From positions 128,091 through 192,090 of the forward strand of contig CAZQHP010000001.1 of the NCBI GenBank assembly GCA_964593805.1: DNA of 64,000 nt, given 5' to 3'. The position numbers and the translations under genes are program-made. Below are positions 55,016 through 62,933 of this stretch, in pieces. The stretch's first letter is position 1, and each line of letters opens with the position of its first letter. Under the pieces are notes generated by a model, which worked only from the letters and a program-made list of their open reading frames with translations, ran no database searches and was not told the DNA's origin. Source of the DNA: an uncultured Candidatus Saccharibacteria bacterium (GTDB lineage Bacteria > Patescibacteriota > Saccharimonadia > Saccharimonadales > JBBQAJ01).

Positions 55016-55642
55016 TTAGTCCGCGAATGACAACGAATCAAACATTTCTTTGGAGATTTGGCTATATGTCGGTGTATTGCCAAAGTTATCTTCATACAGC
55101 AATGTTTTCGTAGGGCTTAGTTCTATAAAATAGTAAGTGATCGATCCCGAGCTAGGTGTTTTGGTGGTTATTTTCTTGCCCACGTGTCCATCTTTGTTGA
55201 TGCCAACGATGTCGACTTTACTAGTGTCTTGTATGCCTGCATAGGCTCCTCTGGCCATAGCTTCTTCTACATTGCCTTCAATCACTCGCAAATAGTTAAA
55301 ATCATGCTGGGAACCAACGTATCCTACAGATACTAGGTATGTATCCCCCGAATAGCCATCGATTGGACCGAGTGTTCTTCTGTCATCCGTGCGTACTTCC
55401 CAGTCATCAGGATACTGAACGCTGAATTTGAATTCTAGATTGGTGTAAGTTTTAGCAGTATCTTTGACCTTTGTTGTTATCTCTTCGGGTTTTGGTTGGC
55501 TGTTTGTGACCTCGGCTTGTTGGACTGGTTTGTCTTCTTGTTGTGAGTTATAGACATACCAGCCCGTGCCTCCAATGATCCCCAGAACAATTACTATTAA
55601 CAGTCCTTCTACAGCCGAAAACCCACTTTGATCTATTTTCAT
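55016..55642 (-). CDS. type IV prepilin-like protein with an unrelated globular domain
   Basis: 'MKIDQSG|FSAVEGLLIVIVLGIIGGTGW' carries the canonical G/F...E5 prepilin motif. Confidence 0.7.
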   Translation of the reverse strand: MKIDQSGFSAVEGLLIVIVLGIIGGTGWYVYNSQQEDKPVQQAEVTNSQPKPEEITTKVKDTAKTYTNLEFKFSVQYPDDWEVRTDDRRTLGPIDGYSGDTYLVSVGYVGSQHDFNYLRVIEGNVEEAMARGAYAGIQDTSKVDIVGINKDGHVGKKITTKTPSSGSITYYFIELSPTKTLLYEDNFGNTPTYSQISKEMFDSLSFAD

Positions 55643-55668
55643 ATATTCTCCTTATGCTTATTGTCTCA

Positions 55669-55712
55669 TAGAAAAAAGACCCGTCAAAAGATGAGTCGTT
55701 TTTCTTGGTAGC
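55669..55712 (-). repeat. copy of the tRNA(CAU) 3' end plus terminator block (att-like direct repeat; also a terminator for 55807..56403)
   Basis: The 44 nt 'tagaaaaaagacccgtcaaaagatgagtcgtttttcttggtagc' align with 56644-56686 at about 75% identity by eye, including an identical 'ttcttggtagc'. Confidence 0.5.
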
Positions 55713-55806
55713 TCTTGTTAATTCGAATTGGAACCTTCTTCTTGAGGAGTCGAGTAGATGGAAGATGTTATTGAGCCTCGATAATGTAATAAATTAGAAC
55801 ATTAAC

Positions 55807-56403
55807 TTAGGATGGAAGCACAAATTCAATTCCTACCTCAGCAAGCAAACAACTGATTCCTCCAACGATTGTTTCTGGATCTGTGGCAAAACCAAATTCC
55901 TTCCCAGTTGCCCCAATGTCACTGATTGGGTGCAGATAGCCTGGGCTAAAACGATATGCCGTATATCCATTTGAAAAAGTATCGACTACGCCAACCCTAT
56001 AATCTTCAGTAGCAATAATCTCGTAGACATTAATGCCTCCATAACTTGATTCTTTGCCCTCAAAAGCACAATTAACCGTTCCAATAGGCCAGCCACCTAT
56101 TAATTCCAAGATTTTTGTATATTTTCCCGACCAAATAGTATCCATTTCTTTAAAAACTTCAACGGGGCTTTTTTCTACATACTTGTTCAGAAGGGGTATA
56201 CCTTGTTCCAATATATGCGTGACCGCAAGTCTGCGTTGTTGCTCTGCATTCGTTTGTTCACGTTTTTCCCGTGCAAAAAATGGAAGCCGACGTGGCTTAG
56301 TAGGCGAAGTATAGTGCTTTAGGAGTGGGCGTGGCTTTCTCTCGGGCATACTCGAATATTCGTTCAATTGTATGAAAAACGCAAGCATTAGCAAAAAGAA
56401 CAA
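55807..56403 (-). CDS. hypothetical cytoplasmic protein, bracketed by tRNA-derived repeats
   Basis: 198-aa ORF. The likely start is 'MPERKPRP' at 56349. No family recognised. Confidence 0.45.
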   Translation of the reverse strand: MFFLLMLAFFIQLNEYSSMPERKPRPLLKHYTSPTKPRRLPFFAREKREQTNAEQQRRLAVTHILEQGIPLLNKYVEKSPVEVFKEMDTIWSGKYTKILELIGGWPIGTVNCAFEGKESSYGGINVYEIIATEDYRVGVVDTFSNGYTAYRFSPGYLHPISDIGATGKEFGFATDPETIVGGISCLLAEVGIEFVLPS

Positions 56404-56488
56404 ACAAGACTAGAACCGAAGTAACAGAGTTGGATAAAACAGGGAAGAAAAAAGAGACTGGCTTTGGAACCAATCTCTATCTGTAAAG

Positions 56489-56640
56489 TCTTTCTTGGTA
56501 ACGGGGCAGAACAGCGGACTTCGTCCTTCTCCGCAAAGTCATGCTCTGAGCAAGCTCATGCGCGTGGCTTTGCTACGCCGAACCTGCGACTACGCCTGAG
56601 CCTGTGGCTCATGCTGTCGCAGAACCCAGCCAGCTTCAGT
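56489..56640 (-). other. tRNA(CAU) 3'-half-like remnant interrupted by a ~68-nt insert
   Basis: On the minus strand, 'GTCGCAGGTTCG' is identical to the tRNA variable/T-arm sequence. About 68 nt follow, then 'TTCTGCCCCGTTACCAAGAAAG' (the tRNA has 'CCTGCCCCCGCTACCAAGAAAAG'). No complete cloverleaf can be drawn. Confidence 0.45.
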
Positions 56641-56679
56641 ACCAAGAAAAATACCCGTCACAGGGACGGGCACTTTTCT

Positions 56680-56754
56680 TGGTAGCGGGGGCAGGACTCG
56701 AACCTGCGACCTTGTGGTTATGAGCCACACGAGCTGCCACTGCTCTACCCCGCG
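56680..56754 (-). tRNA. initiator-like tRNA-fMet (CAU), CCA encoded
   Basis: CGCGGGGTAGAGCAGTGGCAGCTCGTGTGGCTCATAACCACAAGGTCGCAGGTTCGAGTCCTGCCCCCGCTACCA. It is very similar to E. coli tRNA-fMet and has an unpaired 1:72 position (C1/U72). It is followed by the long hairpin/terminator 56638-56685. Confidence 0.8.
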
Positions 56755-56964
56755 TCATTATGAGACAAACGTATTCGTCGAGTTTACATCTTAACAAACA
56801 GAGGTGAAAGTGTCAATGATTGCTTACATTAAACGAGTTCGGCACAGATTAGGTTCCAATTCGGTTTTGCGCACGATACCAAGCAGGGATTTTAGCCTCT
56901 TGGGAGGCTAATTTCTTTTTTAAAGCTTAAGTTGTATACTTTGGTTAAATAAGCAGGCAACACT

Positions 56965-58764
56965 ATGAAAAAAACTAGCAGAAGTAAAAATACGCGCGGC
57001 CGAAAATCAAATAAGTTTTTGTTCCACAGGCCACTTATTAACAGATGGTCCAGATTCGGCCGGTTACAAAAGTTTTTTGTACCGGCTTTAGCTATTTTGA
57101 TATTTGCTACAGCTGGCGCGGCATATTTGGCGACCACTAAAGCGGCAGTTGACCCGCTGAGCTGTACGGGTTATCCAGAAAAGAGAGTATTCCTAGAGAC
57201 ACAGTCCTGGTGGACGCCTACTCCGGGGACCACGGATAAGAACAACTTTGGACACTTGCACCTCGGCACCTGCTTCCCATACAAGCAGACAGTTACTGGG
57301 ACTATAGAATTCGATATTCGGCTACTAATGCATGATAATCCAGGCAATGCTTTCTTGTTCCGCGTGGGCACCGAAGACGTAGTCCTCGGCCAGCAAGATT
57401 TTAGTATGACCTGTAGCGTTGCTACTTGTGAAAAATGGCTGCACGTTAGCCTTGATACCACCAAAGCCAGCCATGACGGGCGCAACGAATTTCGGTTCTC
57501 GGTAAAATTAAACGAGCCCGATGGCAACGTCATGTTTGAATCCAGTGGTTGGCAAGCATATCTAAAAAATGGTAAATCTTCCAGCGACTACCGCTCAAGC
57601 GATGTGACAATTGCCCGCGGCTGGTACACTGGCGCGCTCTACACAAATGCTGAAATAACTAGCGACATACCGCTTACGCCCGTATCAGGCGTATGGAGCC
57701 CTACTGTCAAACTGACTGCCGGTGCCGGAGGAATACCCGTAACGCATTGGTCGTGGCATGTGGACCCAAGCTTTCATGCCGTGCCTGCCAACCTTGGAAC
57801 AATTACGGCGGAAGGCAGCGGCGAACTCAGGAGTACTATAAAAATCGATACCACCAGGTTAACAAACGGTACGCATCGCCTGGTGCTCATTTCCTCAGCT
57901 GATTGTATAAGTGGTAATTGCGGCGACGCGTCTCTAGACGGGCAGCGTAATAGCGGCGTCTTGTCCATACCATTTACGGTTTCAAATGGTACTACCGCTA
58001 CCGACACGACTGCGCCAACGGTTTCAATAACCGCCCCAGCCAATGGAGCTATAGTTGGCGGCACGGTAAATGTATCCGCTAACGCGAGCGACAATGTTGG
58101 TGTTGGTAAAGTTGACTTCTACGCCGGTAATACCTTGATTGGGAGCGACGCCTCAAGCCCATACACCATACCTTGGTCTACCAGCCAATACGCCAACGGA
58201 ACGTATACGCTGTTGGCAAAAGCCTATGACCTAGTTCTAAATCAAACTACATCCGCCGCAGTCAGCGTGAACGTCCAGAACGCCACGAGCCCCCCAGTCG
58301 TAACCACAACCAATACCTTTAACCCCGTGGCTGACGCCCATGTGAATGAAGGATCAAAAACCAGCAACTACGGCCGAAATATTGGCTTGCGGATTCGAAA
58401 TACTTCATCCTCTGACTATCGATCATACCTCCAGTTTTCCGTTAGCGGTCTCGGCGCTGCGCCTAAGGGAGCGAAGCTCAGGCTCTATGTAACCGACGAT
58501 AGCCCAAGCGGCGGCAATATCTACCTTGTTGCCAATAACTGGACCGAAGAAGCCATAACCTGGAGCAACGCGCCTCTGCTAAGCGGCAGTTCTTTGTCTA
58601 GTGTCCAAGCCGTAAAAGCAGGCAACTGGGTTGAATTTGATCTCAAAAACTCGATCACAGGAAATGGAACGTTTAGCTACGCCATTGAAAGTAGCAGCAC
58701 CAACAGCGCAGTCTTTAGCAGTAAAGAAGGTTCCTACAAACCTCAGCTGGTAGTCACGCCGTAG
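56965..58764 (+). CDS. large surface protein with an Ig-like domain and a C-terminal DNRLRE/CBM-like beta domain
   Basis: Basic N-terminus plus TM. 'TAPTVSITAPANGAIVGGTVNVSANASDNVGVGKVDFY' is Ig-like. The tail is 'ADAHVNEGSKTSNYG...YLQF...AKLRLYV...NNWTEEAITWSNAP'. Confidence 0.6.
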   Translation: MKKTSRSKNTRGRKSNKFLFHRPLINRWSRFGRLQKFFVPALAILIFATAGAAYLATTKAAVDPLSCTGYPEKRVFLETQSWWTPTPGTTDKNNFGHLHLGTCFPYKQTVTGTIEFDIRLLMHDNPGNAFLFRVGTEDVVLGQQDFSMTCSVATCEKWLHVSLDTTKASHDGRNEFRFSVKLNEPDGNVMFESSGWQAYLKNGKSSSDYRSSDVTIARGWYTGALYTNAEITSDIPLTPVSGVWSPTVKLTAGAGGIPVTHWSWHVDPSFHAVPANLGTITAEGSGELRSTIKIDTTRLTNGTHRLVLISSADCISGNCGDASLDGQRNSGVLSIPFTVSNGTTATDTTAPTVSITAPANGAIVGGTVNVSANASDNVGVGKVDFYAGNTLIGSDASSPYTIPWSTSQYANGTYTLLAKAYDLVLNQTTSAAVSVNVQNATSPPVVTTTNTFNPVADAHVNEGSKTSNYGRNIGLRIRNTSSSDYRSYLQFSVSGLGAAPKGAKLRLYVTDDSPSGGNIYLVANNWTEEAITWSNAPLLSGSSLSSVQAVKAGNWVEFDLKNSITGNGTFSYAIESSSTNSAVFSSKEGSYKPQLVVTP

Positions 58765-58848
58765 AAATATAAAAAACGCTAGTTACAGCCCTGCTTATAT
58801 AATCCCAAAAGACGCGAAGCGTAAGTTTGACGATCAAAAGGATATATT

Positions 58849-58875
58849 AAAAGACTCCCTAGAAGGGAGTCTTTT
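58849..58875. terminator. bidirectional rho-independent terminator
   Basis: AAAA-GACTCCC-tagaa-GGGAGTC-TTTT sits between convergent genes. Confidence 0.7.
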
Positions 58876-58891
58876 AAGGTTTGGTAACGAA

Positions 58892-59194
58892 TTACCAGCT
58901 GCGGTTGCCGCCGCCACCGCCGCCACCGAAGTCGCGACGTGGACGATCCTCTTTTGGACGCGCTTCGTTGACCGTAATGCTACGGCCAGCCATGTCGCTG
59001 CCATTGAGGGCCTTTTCAGCTGCTTTGCCTTCTTCGTCGTTTTCAAATTCAACGAAGCCAAAACCTTTGCTGCGGCCAGTGTCGCGGTCAGTAATGACCT
59101 TGGCACTTGCTACAGCACCGTGAGCGCCAAATACTTGGCTCAGCTCATCGTCGGTAGTGCTGAAAGGTAAACCACCTACAAATAATTTGTACAT
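58892..59194 (-). CDS. RRM-type RNA-binding protein with a Gly-rich tail
   Basis: RNP-2 'LFVGGL', RNP-1 'KGFGFVEF' and the C-terminal 'GGGGGGG'. Confidence 0.9.
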   Translation of the reverse strand: MYKLFVGGLPFSTTDDELSQVFGAHGAVASAKVITDRDTGRSKGFGFVEFENDEEGKAAEKALNGSDMAGRSITVNEARPKEDRPRRDFGGGGGGGNRSW

Positions 59195-59371
59195 GTATAT
59201 ATTCCTTTGTTATTAATGACCAGGTACGACCACTTACTTGTATTGCTTTTCCGACCGAACCTGTTCTTTACAAACCAAGAAACATATCGTCTAAACCAGC
59301 TAACAGATAAGGAACCTGCACGCGTATTTAAGCACACCAGCCGGCAAGAAGCAACAAAGAAAGTAATTATA

Positions 59372-59399
59372 TTGACAAATTAGCAACTTCATGTATAAT
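59372..59399 (+). promoter_or_regulatory. consensus sigma70 promoter
   Basis: TTGACA (59372-59377), 16-nt spacer, TATAAT (59394-59399). Confidence 0.6.
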
Positions 59400-59463
59400 G
59401 CATAGTGTTGAAGCATCAAATAAAAAATCAAAACTAAAAGGCAGAAAGAATAGGTAAAAGCCT

Positions 59464-59568
59464 ATGGAAAGCTTAAATTTCAATTCGGAATTGGCGTATG
59501 AATTAATACCCACAACCGACGAACAAATCTTAGAAATAGATAACGAGCTATCAGAATTGTACGACTAA
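59464..59568 (+). CDS. possible 34-aa acidic peptide (or a non-coding sRNA body)
   Basis: Hand translation gives 'MESLNFNSELAYELIPTTDEQILEIDNELSELYD'. The SD is weak. It lies between the consensus promoter and a terminator. Confidence 0.3.
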   Translation: MESLNFNSELAYELIPTTDEQILEIDNELSELYD

Positions 59569-59573
59569 AACAA

Positions 59574-59603
59574 AGAGCCACCTAGCCAAAGGGGGCTCTT
59601 TTA
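59574..59603. terminator. rho-independent terminator (bidirectional position)
   Basis: AGAGCCaCC-tagccaaa-GGgGGCTCT followed by TTTTAATTT. Confidence 0.6.
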
Positions 59604-60176
59604 ATTTACGGCTTGGCGTTCGCGGAGCTCTAGCACTAGGAATACACCAGCCTGAATGATCACGCCGTTAAGAGGCAATATTAATAAATCGGCTTCAAGC
59701 TTGCCAACTGATAAGGTACCGAGTGCGGCGCTTATTGCGCCAATGAGCCATGTTATCTTAGTTTCAGACTCCGGTCTGTGGTAGGCTTTTATATACGTTG
59801 GCGCAAGCGCTATCCAAACCACAATAACATTGGCGATTATTGAAGCCAGTGGCGAATCAAGCAGCCACCACAAAAATAACCCAAAACCAGAACCTATGAG
59901 AGCAATGATATCAACTTTTTCAAACCCGCCGACGCCACGGCTAAGCGAAAGTAAGAATATAACCAATGTCACGAACACGGCCGTGCCAAAAAGCCACAGT
60001 GAATTTGACGCTCCACTGGCTAGTTGATTGGCAAAACCAATGACGTTTAGGATAAAAACTACAAGCCAAGTTACACGGTGCGGCTGCGTTTTGCGCAGGT
60101 AGGCATTGCGTACATACGGAATATCCGCGATTATCAACAAAACACCACTTAGAATACCTAGCAACTGATAGATCAT
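59601..60176 (-). CDS. six-TM membrane protein of unknown function (paralog of 20122..20700)
   Basis: 191 aa. Shares conserved spacing of 'Y.....Y..KT.PHR.TW', 'SLSRGVGG' and 'KAYHRPESE' with the 20122 ORF. Confidence 0.6.
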   Translation of the reverse strand: MIYQLLGILSGVLLIIADIPYVRNAYLRKTQPHRVTWLVVFILNVIGFANQLASGASNSLWLFGTAVFVTLVIFLLSLSRGVGGFEKVDIIALIGSGFGLFLWWLLDSPLASIIANVIVVWIALAPTYIKAYHRPESETKITWLIGAISAALGTLSVGKLEADLLILPLNGVIIQAGVFLVLELRERQAVN

Positions 60177-60195
60177 GAAAGTCCTATAGGAATTA

Positions 60196-60272
60196 TGGTA
60201 TCAGGGGCGAGGATCGAACTCGCGACCTCAGGCTTATGAGTCCTGCGCTCTAACCATCTGAGCTACCCTGAC
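60196..60272 (-). tRNA. tRNA with CAU anticodon (Met or Ile2/k2C), CCA encoded
   Basis: GTCAGGGTAGCTCAGATGGTTAGAGCGCAGGACTCATAAGCCTGAGGTCGCGAGTTCGATCCTCGCCCCTGATACCA. It has a G1-U72 wobble and an A31/G39 mismatch in the anticodon stem. Confidence 0.8.
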
Positions 60273-60361
60273 GTAAAGAACAGGGGTAAATATAGCACGT
60301 TTTGTATCTGTTGACCAGATAAGTGTTGCTCGCATCCGCATAATTAACTAGAATATAAACA

Positions 60362-61339
60362 ATGATTAATGTAGCCCAGCGGCGTTTGCAGATAATGAGT
60401 GGCCGGGTTCACCCGGCGCTCGCGGAAGAAGTCGCCAAGCTACTAGACGTGCCAATCCACACCGTTCAGCTCAGCAATTTTTCTAATGGCGAAATCAGCT
60501 GCCGGCTAGGCGAATCAGTTCGCGACAGCGACGTATTCATCATCCAGGCTCACGGCGCCCCCAGCATCAACGACGCCATTATGGAACAGGCTATCATGAT
60601 AGATGCCGCCAAACGCGCTTCGGCGCGGTCCATCACGGCAGTCTGCCCGTTCCTAGGCTATGCCCGCCAAGACCGCAAATCTGACGGCCGCGAACCCATC
60701 ACCGCCCGCTTGGTGGTAGACATATTGGCCCAAGCCGGCGCTGACCGGATAACTAGTGTGGATCTGCACGCCGGTCAGATACAAGGCTTCTTTGATGGTC
60801 CGTTCGATCATCTAATCGCCCGCCCCATTCTTGCCGACTACATAAAAAAGCACTTCAAATCGTCAGATCTAGTTATGGTGTCGCCAGATGCCGGCCGAGT
60901 GAAGTCAGCCGAACGCTACGCCTCAGACCTGGACTGTGACATTGCTATCATCCACAAACAGCGCTCTACACGAAAAAACGACAGCGTAGAAGCTCGTTAC
61001 TTAATTGGGGACGTCAAGGGCAAAATCTGCATCATCACCGACGACATGATAGACACTGCCGGTACTATCTGTACAGCAGCTGATTTACTGGCCGAGCACG
61101 GAGCTAAAGCAATTTACTGCGTGGCTACGCATGGCGTATTGTCCGACCCGGCGCTGGAACGGATTGAAAAGTCAGCATTTACCAAAGTGATTTTCACTAA
61201 CACATTGCCATCAGAAACCGTTGCCCAATCAAGTAAAATTGAAGTGCTCTCCATCGCGCCGCTGATCGCCGATGCGATTGCCGCGATTTTTGCCGGCAAC
61301 TCATTATCCGCCATATTCGGCGGCAAAAATCAATTCTAA
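60362..61339 (+). CDS. prs: ribose-phosphate pyrophosphokinase
   Basis: 'FSNGEI...' at the N-terminus, 'YARQDRK', and the PRPP-binding loop 'CIITDDMIDTAGTI'. Confidence 0.9.
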   Translation: MINVAQRRLQIMSGRVHPALAEEVAKLLDVPIHTVQLSNFSNGEISCRLGESVRDSDVFIIQAHGAPSINDAIMEQAIMIDAAKRASARSITAVCPFLGYARQDRKSDGREPITARLVVDILAQAGADRITSVDLHAGQIQGFFDGPFDHLIARPILADYIKKHFKSSDLVMVSPDAGRVKSAERYASDLDCDIAIIHKQRSTRKNDSVEARYLIGDVKGKICIITDDMIDTAGTICTAADLLAEHGAKAIYCVATHGVLSDPALERIEKSAFTKVIFTNTLPSETVAQSSKIEVLSIAPLIADAIAAIFAGNSLSAIFGGKNQF

Positions 61340-61341
61340 TT

Positions 61342-62391
61342 ATGCTTGACATTATAACTCTGCCCGGGCTGATTGACCCGCACGTGCACTTGCGCGACCC
61401 GGGGCAGACTGAGAAGGAAGATTTTACAACTGGTACCAGCGCCGCTTTGGCTGGCGGTTTTACTACGGTGCTGGACATGCCAAACAACGCCGAGCCAGTT
61501 TTTACAGTCGAACGACTTAAATCAAAGATTGAACTAGCCAAGCAAAAAGCCGTCTGCGACATTGGGTTTTACTTTGGCAGCCAAGGCGACAATCTGGATG
61601 AATTTTCTGAAGCTGCTGAACTTGCCGTGGGCCTAAAACTGTATCTAAACATCACCACCGGCAACTTTTTGATGGACCCAAGCCACCTAAAGAAAATCTA
61701 CGCCGCCTGGCCAGCCCATCTCCCAGTGCTTCTGCACGCCGAGGAAGACGTCATAGACATCGCCGTGGAATCGTTAAAAGGGCTAGATCGCCCAGTGCAT
61801 GTTTGCCACATGCCCAGCCGGGAAATCTTGGAAAAAATTATCAAAGCCAAACAGGCCGGTTTACCGGTTACCTGCGGTGTGGCACCCCATCATTTATTTT
61901 TAACCGAAAAGGATGCTGAGCGCTTAGGTGTATACGGCCAGATGAAACCGAGCCTCAAACCACAAGCAGACGTGGACTTTCTGTGGGAGCATCTGGATGA
62001 CATTGATTTATTTGAGTCAGACCACGCACCACACACCCATGAAGAGAAAAAAAACGGAGCATTTGGGGTTCCGGGTCTGGAAACCACGCTTCCATTACTT
62101 CTCACAGCCGAAAAAGAAGGCAAAATCACCCGCGAGCAGATCATAGACAAATGCCACACTCAAGCTGCGAAATTATTTAGTTTGAAAACTGACGATAGTA
62201 CCAAGGTAGAAATTACCATGGAAGAGTTTGAGATTTCAAACGAAGGCCTGCAAACCAAATGCGGCTGGACACCTTTTGCCGGACGAAAAGTAGTCGGCAA
62301 AGTCCAAAAAGTCACCCTCCACGGCAACGTGGTCTACGAAAACAGCAAAGTTTTAGCAAAGTCCGGTAGTGGTCAGATTATTTCGAACTAG
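61342..62391 (+). CDS. pyrC: dihydroorotase-like cyclic amidohydrolase
   Basis: 'GLIDPHVHLRDPG' is the metal-binding HxH. Also has 'GGFTTVLDMPN' and 'ESDHAPH'. At 349 aa it is a short form. Confidence 0.65.
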   Translation: MLDIITLPGLIDPHVHLRDPGQTEKEDFTTGTSAALAGGFTTVLDMPNNAEPVFTVERLKSKIELAKQKAVCDIGFYFGSQGDNLDEFSEAAELAVGLKLYLNITTGNFLMDPSHLKKIYAAWPAHLPVLLHAEEDVIDIAVESLKGLDRPVHVCHMPSREILEKIIKAKQAGLPVTCGVAPHHLFLTEKDAERLGVYGQMKPSLKPQADVDFLWEHLDDIDLFESDHAPHTHEEKKNGAFGVPGLETTLPLLLTAEKEGKITREQIIDKCHTQAAKLFSLKTDDSTKVEITMEEFEISNEGLQTKCGWTPFAGRKVVGKVQKVTLHGNVVYENSKVLAKSGSGQIISN

Positions 62392-62933
62392 TTTTCAAAC
62401 GATAGTACTGTGTACTTATTCAAATCAAGTCCATAACGTGCGTAAACGTCCTCGGTAGGTGCGCTGGTTGTAGGATTATTGTTAACGTTAATTTTTGCCA
62501 ATAGTTCATTTACAGTTTTTTTATCTTTGGCTTCAATTTCTAGATAGGCAGGGATATGCGGCCACTCATCTATGCTGATTTCGGCATCATATTTTTTAGA
62601 TATAAAGACTGTGCGGCGATTTTCTTGATAACTATCGCTTGTGTGGTCGAGTTTTTGCAGCAAAAGATGAGTTTGTTCAAAACCAGACACAACAACTTCA
62701 AGTTCTTTGACACCATCAACCTTGTCAGAAGTATATTCCTTTACAGATAGTGTCGTTTTCTTCCCGTCAGTCCGTAGTCTCAGCCAAGATTTATTGTTAC
62801 TTTTTACGGAGTAAATATATCTTTTGAATTCAAAGCTAGATTGCTCAATAAAACCCAAATCCCGCAGGAAGCTTCGCGTTCTGCCTAGATCAATGTCCAG
62901 TACTTTAATCTCAAACTCCGTGTCCATACGCAC
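62388..62933 (-). CDS. CYTH-domain protein (triphosphate tunnel metalloenzyme; CyaB/ThTPase-like)
   Basis: N-terminal 'EFEIK' (ExExK signature) and 'RLRTDGKKTTLSVKE...EIEA'. The start is GTG at 62933 or the ATG 6 nt downstream. Confidence 0.7.
   Translation of the reverse strand: MRMDTEFEIKVLDIDLGRTRSFLRDLGFIEQSSFEFKRYIYSVKSNNKSWLRLRTDGKKTTLSVKEYTSDKVDGVKELEVVVSGFEQTHLLLQKLDHTSDSYQENRRTVFISKKYDAEISIDEWPHIPAYLEIEAKDKKTVNELLAKINVNNNPTTSAPTEDVYARYGLDLNKYTVLSFEN

Noticed and set aside
56489-56640. Considered a functional tRNA, an intron-containing tRNA or tmRNA
   Set aside because: No D arm or anticodon arm can be drawn. The T loop is interrupted by about 68 nt with no known intron features. 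tmRNA hallmarks (a 5' GGGGC acceptor partner and a tag reading frame) are absent, and the required length would overlap the bona fide tRNA.
56464-56685. 73-aa plus-strand ORF
   Set aside because: It runs through the tRNA-derived repeat, the terminator hairpin and into the tRNA 3' end, so it is an artefact of structured non-coding DNA.
58897-58935. GGC/GGT-rich simple repeat
   Set aside because: It encodes the poly-Gly tail (GGGGGGG) of the RRM protein on the minus strand and is not an independent repeat element.
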